NCBI GenBank assembly: GCA_964016885.1
Contig: OZ024741.1
Span: 329,964,001-330,028,000, forward strand
Reading direction: 5' to 3'
DNA: 64,000 bases
From: Eledone cirrhosa
Lineage: Eukaryota
The first letter of the stretch is position 1; each line of letters begins with the position of its first letter. A program made the position numbers and the translations under genes. Below the pieces are notes generated by a model. That model was not told where the DNA came from and searched no databases. It saw nothing but the letters and a program-made list of their open reading frames with translations. Below, piece after piece: positions 25,395-40,298 of this stretch.

Positions 25395-25937
25395 TCTCCT
25401 GTTGTGGACAGTGCCAGGTCGGGTGACCTTGTCTTGTTCATATGGGAACTAATTTTGGCTTGGTTTCTACAGCTGGATGCCCTTCCTAACACCAACCTCA
25501 TTTACAGTGAGTGTTGGGTGCTTTGTTCCGTTGTGCCAACACAACCACTTTACAGTGTGGGCTAGGTGCTTTTTTGCAGTGGGAGGGGGCTGGGGGCATA
25601 ATGTCTATATGCTTCAGCTTCGGCTTGTACCTGTGGGAAGTCTTCTGTATTACTGCGTGATGCCAGAGGTCACGGTCCTGTGTCATTACCTTTGAGAGGT
25701 GCAATCGGGTAAGGTCGACTTTTATTACCTTATCCCAGGTCTTCTTGGGTTTCCCCACTCAAGGCTTCCATCGACTTCTAGTGCTCTGCAGCTTTTTATG
25801 CAGCTGTCATCCTTCATACGCATCACATGTCCATACCAACACAACCAACTCTCCTGCACACAGCATTTGATTCCTCTTATGTTCAGTCTCTCTCTCAATT
25901 TGTTTATTCTTTGCCATTTGCGTATATTACTATTACA
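25395..25937 (-). mobile_element. RTE LINE 3' fragment
   Basis: [12 protein letters not shown] motif and a 3' UTR shared with the copy at 16177. Confidence 0.9.
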
Positions 25938-25980
25938 CACACACACATATATATATACATATACATATATATATATATAT

Positions 25981-26640
25981 TTATTAAAATAACAGATTAA
26001 AGTTTAAGCAAAGAATCGCTGCTTTCACCCTTAACGGGATCTTCTGAAACTAACAAAGTCAATCTGTGAATGCAGAAGTAAATATTTCAAAAACGTTGCA
26101 ACCGGAGGAAGACAGGAAGATGATACTTTGGTTCGTGGAAACGTTCCCTGGCAAAGAACGGGAAAAAACGAATATAATACGTCATTATTTGGAGCGGTGA
26201 AAAACAATTACACGCAAAGACAAAACCACGTTTATGGTATAAAAGAAGTCGTAGACTTATATTCTATTAGGTGGTTCAACGAGACGTTCTCTGGCAATGA
26301 ACGGAAAAAACGAAGATAATACGTCATATGTGGAGCAGGGAGAACAATTGCACGCAAAGACAAAACCACGTAAATGGTATAGCAGAAGTCGTAGACTGAA
26401 TTCTAACTAGGAGACCGAATGAATCTCGGCTTTAGAGTTAAGAATAAAGTAAATAAAATACAGAGGTAATTGAAATTAAATAAATACTTACATGCAACCA
26501 TATACGTACATACACAAGCATACGCACGTACACAACCCCCCCCCCAAAAAAAAAACAAGCACGCACATACAGAACCCACGCAACGCCTGTACCCACACAC
26601 ATACGAATGTATACACCAAATACACATAAAAATATATATA
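25981..26640 (-). mobile_element. Penelope 3' UTR/pLTR fragment
   Basis: Close match to 51960-52520, which is attached to a PLE ORF. Confidence 0.85.
26001..26051 (-). ncRNA. Hammerhead-like ribozyme, variant core CAGAAGA
   Basis: AGUUU-CAGAAGA-UCCC guuaa GGGU-GAAA-GCA..UGC-UU-AAACU. Confidence 0.55.
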
Positions 26641-26666
26641 TATATGTGTGTGTGCGTGTATAAATG

Positions 26667-27462
26667 ATCATCATCATCATCACCGTTTTACGTCCGTTCT
26701 TCCATGCTACCATGGGTTAGACGGGTTGTCCTGTTGTGGGCAGTGTCTGGTCGGCTGACCATGCCTTGCTCATACAGGAACTGATTCTGGCTTGATTTCT
26801 ACAGCTGGATGCCCTTCCTAACACCAACCTCATTTACAGTGAGTGGTGGGTGCTTTTTTTCCGTGGCGACTACACATCCACTTTACAGTGTGGGCTGGGT
26901 GCTTTTTTGCCGTGGCACCTCCACGACCACTTTGCAGTGGGAGGGTGTGGGGGCATATTGTCTATATGCTTCAGCTTGTACCCATGGGAGGTCGGGTACT
27001 CTGTATTACTGCGTGACGCCAGAGGTCACGGTCGAGTATCATCGCCTTTGAGAGGTGTAATTGGGTAAGGTCCGCTTTTATCAATTCATCCCAGGTCTTC
27101 TTAGGTCTCCCCACTCCGCGGTTTCCATTGACTTCTAGTGCTCTGCACCTTTTTATGCAGCTGTCCATACCAACGCAACCGCCTCTCCTGCACACAGCAT
27201 TTGATTCCTCTTATGCTCAGTCTCTCTCTCAATTCATTTATGCTTTGCCGTTCGCGTATATTACTATTACACATCCATCGGAGCATACAGGCTTCATTTC
27301 TTTCTAATCTACGTAAGTCTTCCACCTTCAGCGCCCAGGTCTCACTACCATGTAACATTGCTGTTCGGATACACGCATCATACAGTCTGCCTTCTGGGAG
27401 AAGCCTTTTGCAGCTAGCAGTGGCAGTAGTTCCCTGAACTTCTTCCATCCCGTTCTTACCCT
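26667..27462 (-). mobile_element. RTE LINE 3' fragment with (GAT)n tail
   Basis: GSETWAL and RRLRWYG motifs; (CAT)n at 26668. Confidence 0.92.
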
Positions 27463-27476
27463 ATATATCCCGTTCT

Positions 27477-27525
<49 letters not shown>

Positions 27526-27711
27526 CATATATATATATGCCGTCATTACAACAGCAGAGGTCCGACGAGCCCCCAACTCCAGAGCTGGGCCCGATCGACA
27601 CATGTCGAACCCTGAGCCGATCAATAGCAAAATATGCATCACCAATCAATAAACGCAATGAAGGTATAACAAATCGTCCATGTATTATATATATATATAT
27701 ATATACACATA

Positions 27712-29009
27712 TGACACTCATAGCTGAATCAATGGCCGAGCTAGAGAAGAAATTCCAAACATGGAAGCACGGCCTAGAATCAAAAGGACTTAAAATTAAC
27801 CTGGCTAAGACTAAAGTTCTAGTTTGTAGGAAAGAAAATAAGGCGGCGGTCCCTTCTGGGAAATGGTCATGCTCAGTGTGTAGGAAAGGCGTAGGTAGAA
27901 ACTCCATTTTATGTCCTAAATGCAAAGTATGGGTGCATAAAAGATGTAGTGGGATCACAGGTAAGCTAACTAAGAACATAGATTTTACATGTGGCCGGTG
28001 CTCTGGTGCAATGAGTAGCAGCAAGTGCCCACAAAATACTAGCTCTTTCAATTGCGCAGAGGGTTCTATAGAAATAGTGGACAGCTTCCGTTACCTGGGC
28101 GATAAAATCAGCAGTGGGGGAGGGTGCTCTGAAAGTACAGTAGCTAGAGTCAGAACTGGTTGGGAAAAGTTCAGAGAGCTTATACCATTATTAGCTGCTA
28201 AAGGGTTCTCCCTAAAAATGAAAGGCAGGTTGTACGATGCCTGCATACGAACAGCAATGTTGCACGGCAGTGAGACCTGGGCATTGTGTGCAGAAGATAT
28301 ACGCAGACTAGAGAGGAACGAAGCTTGCATGCTCCGCTGGATGTGTAACAGTAATATACGTGAACGGCAAAGTATAAACGAACTAAGGAAAAAATTAGAA
28401 ATAAGAGGGATCAGATGTTGTTTACTCGAGAGAAGGCTACGTTGGTATGGACACGTGATGCGCATGAAAGTCGATAGCTGTATAACAAAGTGCAGGGCAA
28501 TAAAGATAGACGGTAGCCACGGAATAGGCAGACCTAGAAAAACCTGGGACGAGCTGATAAACTCCGACCTCACACACTTACACCTCTCCAAGACAATGTC
28601 ACTGGACCGAGACCTTTGGCGGTACTCAGTAACAGAGAAGACCCGCCTTACCTAAATACATAGTAAAACCTACTACAGCCAGTAGGCATCTCTAACAAAA
28701 TACACCCCCCATCCACACCACCCCGTTCTATGTAAAGTTATGTTGGTGCCGCGCCATCCAGGCCGAAACAAATGAGATCGTGTAGGTGTCACGACAAAAA
28801 AACACACAGTCCACGCTGTAATGTGGCCGTGTAGGCAACACGGTAAAAACCTCCCAGACCCACACTGTAAATGTGGTTGGTGTTAGGAAGGGCATCCAAC
28901 TGTAGAAAACCTGCCAGACAGTCCTATGCGAGCAAGACAATCACTCTTGCCTCAAGTGGGACTACCCCCGTCCAAACCCATGCAAGCGTGGAACACGGAC
29001 GTTAAACGT

Positions 29010-29040
<31 letters not shown>
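27712..29040 (+). mobile_element. Young 5'-truncated RTE LINE (open C-terminal ORF to 28655) with (GAT)n tail
   Basis: Uninterrupted GLKINLAKTK...CSVCRKGVG...YLGD...GSETW...GRPRKTW; tail at 29010-29040. Confidence 0.95.
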
Positions 29041-29349
29041 ACACACACACATACATATACATATATATACATATCCAAACATCTTGAGAAAAAAAATATA
29101 TTAATAATAATGGTAATAATAATGATAATGATAACATATAAATAAAACCAATAGCAGGCAGGTTGGAAGAAAAGAAAAACACAGAGGAATTGAATCCAAA
29201 AGTTCAAAATGAGGGTGGCCTCTCACACATAATGTCATCTTTCCAATGTCAGCTTTATATAACTGACATGTAAATGTCATTAACCAATCCTATGTTTTAA
29301 AAGGAATAAACAATCCTACGTTTTGAAAGAATAAACAAAAAATCAAAAA

Positions 29350-29610
29350 TAAACTCAAATTATAATTAAATAAATACGTATATAACAAGCGCACACACAT
29401 ACCTACATGTAAATACACATATGTTCGGAGACGTACGTCAACCAAAACACAAAGTACACATATACACACACCCTACATTTGTACGAAGCCGCATACTCTC
29501 ACAGAAGCAAAACTCACGTATACACATAACCAAAAGCATATGTACCAGAATATATAATATATACGCTATAACATATACAATCAAATATACGTACCTTCAC
29601 AAAACATATA
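29350..29610 (-). mobile_element. Penelope 3' UTR fragment
   Basis: Matches 52590-52865. Confidence 0.8.
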
Positions 29611-29620
29611 TATCTGTGTG

Positions 29621-30295
29621 TCATCATCATCATCATCATCGTTTAACGTCCATCTTCCACGCTTGCATGGGTTTGGACAGGAATTTTCCACTTGAGGCAA
29701 GATTGGTTGTCTTGCTCGTATAGGACTGTCTGGCGGGTTTTCTACGGCTGGATGCCCTTTCTAACACCAACCATGTTTACAGTGTGGACTGGGAGGTTTT
29801 TACCGTGTTACCTACACGGCCACATTACAGCGTGGACTGTTTTTTTTGTCGTGACACCTACACGACCTCATTTGTTTCGGACTGGATGTTGTGGTACCAA
29901 CATAACTTTACATTGAAAGGGGTGGTGTGGATGGGGTGGGGGTAGTGGGACGGGGGTGTATTTTTGTTAGAGGTGCCTACTGACTGTAGGTTTCGCTTTG
30001 TACTTAGGCAAGGCGGGTCTTCTGTATTACTGTGTAGCACCAAAGATCTCAGTCCAGTGACATTGTCTTGGAGAGGTGTAAGTGTGTGAGGTCGGAATTT
30101 ATCAAGTCGTCCCAGGTTTTTCTGGGTCTGCCTACTCCGTGGCTACCGTCTATTTTTATCGCCCTGCTCTTTTTTATACAGCTGTCGTCTTTCATGCGCA
30201 TCATGTGACCGTATCAACGTAGTCTTCTCTCGAGTAAACAACATCTGATCCCTCTTATTCCTAATTATTCCTAATTTCTCCCTTAGTTCGTTTAT
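29621..30295 (-). mobile_element. RTE LINE 3' end with (GAT)n tail
   Basis: Same subfamily as the copies at 27712, 39633 and 57495. Confidence 0.92.
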
Positions 30296-30365
30296 ATATA
30301 TATATTTGTTTTGCAAGGTTTTTGATATGAAATCGTGTGTTGAAACAAATGTTATATTTGGGGAA

Positions 30366-30462
30366 GGTCATATTGTTATAATATTGCCAGAAATAATAAT
30401 AGAACACACTCACTGTGAATGTGTTCTATTATTATTTCTGGCAATATTATAACAATATGACC
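30366..30462. repeat. Perfect 43-bp-stem hairpin within a PLE pLTR-like fragment
   Basis: ggtcatattgttataatattgccagaaataataatagaacaca followed by its exact reverse complement. Confidence 0.9.
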
Positions 30463-30483
30463 CTCAATATAACAATAAATATA

Positions 30484-30820
30484 TCATCATCATTTTACGT
30501 CCGCTTTTCCCTGCTTGCAAGGGTGGGACGGGAACAGATTCTATCTTGATTTCTACAGCTGGATGCCCTTCCTAACACCAACCTCATTTACAGTGAGTGC
30601 TGAGTGTTTTTTTTCCGTGGCGCCTACACGTCCACTTTACAGTGTGGGCTGGGTGCTTTTTTGCCGTGGCACCTCCACGACCACTTTACAGTGGAATGAT
30701 AGGGACCCCAGTCCTATCATCTCATTTCTACAGCTGAGTAAACTGGAGCAATGTGAAATAAAGTGTCTTGCTCAAGGAAACAACACGTCACTGGGTCTGA
30801 GATTTGAACTCACAACCTTT
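30484..30820 (-). mobile_element. RTE 3' UTR fragment (30484-30693) followed by a CORE-SINE fragment (30718-30820)
   Basis: Matches the 16200-16455 tail and the 25240-25325 SINE respectively. Confidence 0.75.
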
Positions 30821-30860
30821 CAAAAACAAGAAAGACGGTTTCATTTGTACATCACTATTT

Positions 30861-30935
30861 ATTTTGTTATATGTATTTCAAAGACGTAGGGCAGTTGTAT
30901 AAGAACCGCCCTGTGTGTTTTCTTCAGACAAGAAT
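30861..30935 (-). ncRNA. Type I hammerhead ribozyme (partly decayed stem II)
   Basis: UUGU-CUGAAGA-AAA..AGGGCGGUU/AACUGCCCU..UUU-GAAA-UACAUA-UA-ACAA. Confidence 0.6.
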
Positions 30936-31564
30936 CCAAACGAGATGTAAATTTCCATTGATATTTTACTGGTCATACGTATTATTCGCTTCGCCAACCA
31001 GTAAGCATATCTCCAAAATTCTTAAGTAGCAGTTCTTATATGTGCGAGAGATAGTTATTCCAATTGGTGTTGCTGTTTGTGAACTGGCTAGGGTATCAAG
31101 TTACCAGATTCGGCGCTTGATTCATAGTAAGGCATGTATGAACTGTAAGTCTATTTTTTATTTTTTCATACTAGATTTTATTCACTTAGATACTAATTCT
31201 AATTTTAGATATTTGTACTTTCATACTCATATTATAATGTATCTATATATTTATGAATGTTAAATTAATTATTTGGTGGTCTATTTAACATTATTTACTG
31301 AAGTTTTAACTATATACTCTACAAAATGTCTTATCAATTTTGTGTAAACAAGAATTAGAAATTTCAGAGAGTTTATTAATAATTTTATGCTTACTATTTA
31401 TGATGGGTAGAGTATCTGTAGTACCGAGACCACATCCCCTAGATATAGATCCATTTATATTTGGAAAAGCATGTGAGACCAAGAAAAGGAGTATACCACT
31501 TGTTTATTTTTTTAGCGACCAAATCAGTTTTGACAGGTCATGATGAAAAGGAAGATGAAAAAGA

Positions 31565-32212
31565 TGAAAAGCTGCCTAAACAATTATTTTATGGGGAACT
31601 GACCAAAGGAAAAAGGCCACAGCATAAACCAAAGAAGTGGTTTAAGGATGTTATAAAAGACAATCTTAAAGCTCTGAAGATTGATATAGAGAACTTGGAG
31701 AGACTGGCTGAAAACCATACATCATGGAGAAAGATCATCAAATATGAATGTGATGTCTTTGAGAGAAAGTGAGTGGAGCATGGTGTTTTGAAACGTTCAC
31801 CTCATAAGTGAGACTCAAGTGCACTGCCTGCCAGCAAAAATCCAGCAGAAATTAAGGTGCAATGTATGTGGCCGATTTCTTCTATTAAGAGCTGGTTTTG
31901 TTAACCATCTTAAATTACACAAGCCTGAGAGAAATCGAGCCATCTGTCAGATGGTTCTACTGCCACACACTCTACAGTAAATTTCCAGTGAATGTGGCTT
32001 AATTTGCAAGCCAGCAGGTGGACTGACCAGACATGGTAAAATGCATGAGGACACACCCCAGCCGGTTTTGCCAGGAGACAGACAGTTTAAGTGTCACATC
32101 TGTGAACGTATCTGCAAAACAAAAGCGGGTCTGAAAAGTCAACTGCGTGCACATGATCGTGAAATGTTCAAGGAAGGGATGACACTCTTCTGGCAAGAAG
32201 CAACAATCGGCA
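31565..32212 (+). mobile_element. RTE-BovB-like LINE 3' end with C2H2 zinc fingers
   Basis: LPKQLFYGELTKGKRPQHKPKKWFKD and FKCHICERICKTKAGLKSQLRAH. Confidence 0.85.
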
Positions 32213-32336
32213 TATATATCATATATAAATTCTATATTAGTGAATAAGTTGTGTTCCGTGTATTAGTTTTAAGCTATTCTTACAGTGTATATGTCTAGGT
32301 TAAGAGTGTTTACTTTTTTTTCATCTTATTTTGTAG

Positions 32337-32884
32337 GGAAATTTGACCGTTCCAATAATTACCCATCTGGTTCCATTAACTCAACAAAGTCCAGTTCTGA
32401 TGACTCAACAAAGTCCAGTTCTGATGACTCAACAAAGTCCAGTTCCACCAGCTGGATAACGACCAGTTTTATCAAATCACCAACACCAAGTGGTTCAAGC
32501 AGTGGTATAATACAATTAAGCAGCATACAACATACCAGTGCCATAATAGATGCTTCTTCCATAACAGCTACACGGTCCATATGTTCCTGTGAATGTGATC
32601 GAGGGACACAACCACCTCCCACTAAGGAAGAGCTGGAAGATCTCAAGAATAAATTACAAAAGGAGCTTGCTGTAGACAAAAAGAAACTGTCCAGTACAAT
32701 TCGAGCTAAGACCAGCGCCCCTGACGAACGTACATCGGCTACATGTATAGGATCGGTTGGTGTAATTCTCCTGTCGGCTTTACCTATCTTCATCATAATT
32801 ATTGATCTCCTCCAGCTCTATGGAGACCTGATAACTTTTTACAAAAATCTATCAAGGCTCTGTTCCAACAGGACACAAGGTTAG
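32337..32884 (+). CDS. Host gene terminal exon 5: Ser/Thr stalk, CxCxC and coiled juxtamembrane motif, TM helix, short tail
   Basis: Acceptor tcttattttgtAG in phase 1; open frame to TAG; CSCEC...LAVDKKKLSSTIRAKTSAPDERTSATCIGSVGVILL...D; 24-bp tandem repeat encoding STKSSSDD. Confidence 0.9.
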
Positions 32885-32980
32885 GCGGTCTGTAATCTGC
32901 CAACTTATTGGATACAGCAGTGAGGCTATTGTATCACGTAATTGATGCATAAATATTTACATAGCATGAATATATATATA

Positions 32981-33970
32981 TATTGTTATACTTTGGGAGG
33001 GTCATGTTGCCAATAAAAACACACGCACCTGTTGATTTTCACTTCAATTTATTATAAATTTCTGATTGGTTGGTTGGTTCGATAACCGAAAGGTTGTTTA
33101 TATATAGTGTCAAAGTTCTTTCGTCACACATTCTGTGACCTCCTCAGTGACTAGGTTTTTATTTTGTGTGTCTCTCCTTTGTTCTGTCCTACACCATCTT
33201 GTTTTTGTGTGTTGTATGCTTAGTTTGCGCATGCGTTACATCCAGGTGTGTGTGTTTTTATTTATTTATTTATGTGTTTATTTATTTGTCACTAGTTGGT
33301 TGTTTGTTCTATCTGTGTGTGTCTGTATATCTTCATTTTGCCCTTAATTACTAGTTGTGATGTTGCTATTCCACTCATGTTTTCTGTTTAATTTTGGTTG
33401 GAATTTGTTTATATTTGTTGCCTCTGTGATTTGTCTGAGCATCGCAATATCATTTTTAATCTAATTTTCTAATTTTTTCTAATGTGCTCCTATGTTCTAT
33501 TTTGGCATATTGGTGGAGTACTGATGAGTTTTTCTCATCCAGGAGTTCTCGGCAGTGTTCACTTATCCTTTCTCCTATGCTACTGGCTGTTTTACCTATG
33601 TATGTTATATTCTTATTCCTACACTGTCCCTCAGTACATCTCATGTAATATACTACGTTCCTAGTTTTGCAGTTAGTTTGCGGGCTTAGCTTGCAGACTA
33701 TGCATTTCCTATCGGCACAGGGGAATCTTTGAAATGGGTATGTTTTGTTAATTAGGGTTTTTTTATGAGAATACCTGGTCTTTCAACTATCTTGATATTT
33801 AATTTGAGCTTGCCTAGGGCTCTTCTAAATCTATAAGCTAGTTCACTTCTAGAGGTTGTATTGACGAACATTGTGTGTTTTTATTGGCAACATGACCCTC
33901 CCAAAATATAACAATATCTGTTTCAACACACATTTTCAGATAAGAAATCTCGCACAACAATTTCAAAAAC

Positions 33971-33975
<5 letters not shown>
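32981..33975 (-). mobile_element. 5'-truncated Penelope-like element (GIY-YIG) bracketed by an inverted repeat
   Basis: YIGKTASSIGERISEH motif; 32982-33024 is the reverse complement of about 33873-33915. Confidence 0.85.
33109..33151 (-). ncRNA. Minimal type I hammerhead ribozyme in a PLE 3' pLTR
   Basis: GUCA-CUGAGGA-G-GUCACA gaaug UGUGAC-GAAA-GAAC-UU-UGAC, in sense orientation to the PLE ORF. Confidence 0.7.
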
Positions 33976-34008
<33 letters not shown>

Positions 34009-34068
34009 TAACAGATTAAAGTTTAAGCAAATCCCTCTTTGGATTTTAGTCTTCAAATTTATTATTAT

Positions 34069-34132
<64 letters not shown>

Positions 34133-34139
34133 TCTTTTC

Positions 34140-35292
34140 CTTGTATGACAACTACAGGAGAAGTACCTAGATAAAAGTAAACCCCTCTACTTAGCTTTTG
34201 CTGACTTGGAGAAAGTGTTTGACAGAGTCCCATGCTCCATTATCTGGTGGGCCTCAGAAAACTAGGAGTAGATGAATGGCTTGTGAGAGCTATACAAGCC
34301 ATGTATAAAGATACAGTCAGCAAGGTTAGAATTAACAATGAATATAGTGAAGAATTTAGCATAAAAGTTGGTGTTCATCAAGGCTCTGTCCTTAACCCCT
34401 CCGTGTTTATTATCGCCCTTCAGGCTATAATAAGTTTAAGACTGGCTACCCATGGGAACTTCTATATGCAGATGATCTAACTCTCATAGTTTAATCTATG
34501 GCTGAACTAGAGAAGAAATTCCAAACATGGAAGCATGGCTTAGAATCAAAAGGCCTTAAAGTTAACTTGTCTAAGACTAAAGTTCTAGTATGTAGAAAGG
34601 AAAATAGGGCACAGGTTCCCTCTGGGAAATGGCCATGCTCAGTGTGTAGGAAAGGAGTAGGTAGAAATTCCATTCTATGTCCCAAATGCAAACTATGGGT
34701 ACATAAAAGATGTAGTGGGATCACAGGCAAGCTATCTAAGAACGTAGATTTTATATGTGGCTGATGCTCAGGTGCAATAAGTAGCAAGTGCCCACAGGAT
34801 ACTACCTCCTTCTACTGACCAGATGGTTCTATAGAAATAGTGGACACTTTCCGTTACCTGGGTGATAAAATCAGCAGTGGTGGAGGATGCTTTGAAAGTA
34901 CAGTAGCCAGAGTTAGAACGAGATGAAAAAAGTTCTGAGAGCTTATACCGCTGTTGGCCACAAAAGGTTTCTCACTGAAAATGAAAGGCAGATTGTATGG
35001 TGCTTGTACACAAACAGCAATGTTACATGGCAGTGAGACATGGGCATTGTGTGCAGAGGACCTGCATAGACTGGAAAGGAACGAAATATGCATGCTCCGT
35101 TGGATATGTAATAGTAATATATGCGAACGACAAAACATAAATGAACTAAGTGAGAAATTAGGAATAAGAGGGATCAAATACTGTTTACTTGAGAGAAGAT
35201 TGTGTTGGTATGGTCACGCGATGCGCATGAAGGACGACAGCTGTATAAAAAGTGCAGGGTGATCAAAATTGATGGAAGTTACAGAGTAGGTA
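34140..35292 (+). mobile_element. Degraded RTE LINE internal fragment
   Basis: DLEKVFDRV, GVHQGSVL, LYADD and GSETW motifs with stops. Confidence 0.92.
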
Positions 35293-35304
35293 GATGCTTT
35301 TATT

Positions 35305-35703
35305 TCCGTATAACGGAATTAAAAGACCATGTGACCTCTGCGCCGCTGAGGCCCTGGAAATACTCTACGCCACAGACCACATCTTAAACAAAAAATCTGA
35401 GGCAATTTCGGCTTATAAACATAAATTGCACAAAACTTTCCTGTATTACAGCCCCACATTATACCCTAACAGATAGTACGATCTATACGCGGATATTTTA
35501 CGTCTTGATGTGGTAGCTAAGTATATGTTATGTTTATACCATTACTTATTTGCATAGGTAAGTATATATTACCTGTATGTTTTGTGAAGGTACGTACACT
35601 TTCTCATACGTATATTTGATTGTATATGTTATGGTGTATATTTTATATATTCTGGTACATATGCTTTTGGTTATGTGTATACGTGAGTTTTGCATCTGTG
35701 CGA
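35305..35703 (+). mobile_element. Penelope GIY-YIG C-terminus and 3' UTR fragment
   Basis: CDLCAAEALEIL..LNKKSE; reverse complement of about 52735-53130. Confidence 0.88.
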
Positions 35704-39632
<3,929 letters not shown>

Positions 39633-40298
39633 CGCGAACGGCAAAGCATAAATGAACTAAGTGAGAAATTAGGAATAAGAGGGATCAGATGCTGTTTACT
39701 CGAGAGAAGACTACGTTGGTATGGTCACGTGATGCGCATGAAAGACGACAGCTGTATAAAAAAGTGCAGGGCGATAAAAATAGACGGTAGCCACGGAGTA
39801 GGCAGACCCAGAAAAACCTGGGACGACTTGATAAATTCCGACCTTACACACTTACACCTCTCCAAGACAATGTCACTGGACCGAGATCTTTGGCGCTACG
39901 CAGTAATATAGAAGACCTGCCTTGCCTAAGTTCTAAGCGAAACCTACAGTCAGTAGGCACCTCTTAACCAAAATACACCCCCGTCCCACTACCCCTACCC
40001 CCACCGCCATCTACACCACCCCTTTCGATGTAAAGCTATGTTGGTACCACAACATCCAGTCCTAAATAAATGAGGTCGTGTAGGCGTCACGACAAAAACA
40101 CACAGTCCACGCTGTAATGTGGCCGTGTAGGTAACACGGTAAAAACCTCCCAGTCCACACTGTAAACGTGGTTGGTGTCAGGAAGGGCATCCAGTCGTAG
40201 AAAACCCGCCAGACAGTTCCGAGCAAGACAACTAATCTTGCCTCAAGTGGAACAATTCCCATCCAGACCCATGCTAGTGTGGAAGATGGACGTTAAAC
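39633..40298 (+). mobile_element. RTE LINE 3' fragment (tail lost)
   Basis: RERQSINEL...RRLRWYGHV...DRDLWR and the 3' UTR ending in ggacgttaaac. Confidence 0.92.

Noticed and set aside
27537-28655. 372-aa ORF as a novel gene
   Set aside because: Chance in-frame fusion of a 150-bp fragment and (TA)n with the C-terminus of a truncated RTE; non-ATG-like context and no RT core.
32379-32447. CTGATGA motifs in a 24-bp tandem repeat
   Set aside because: No stem II or GAAA; it is a coding repeat (STKSSSDD) in exon 5.
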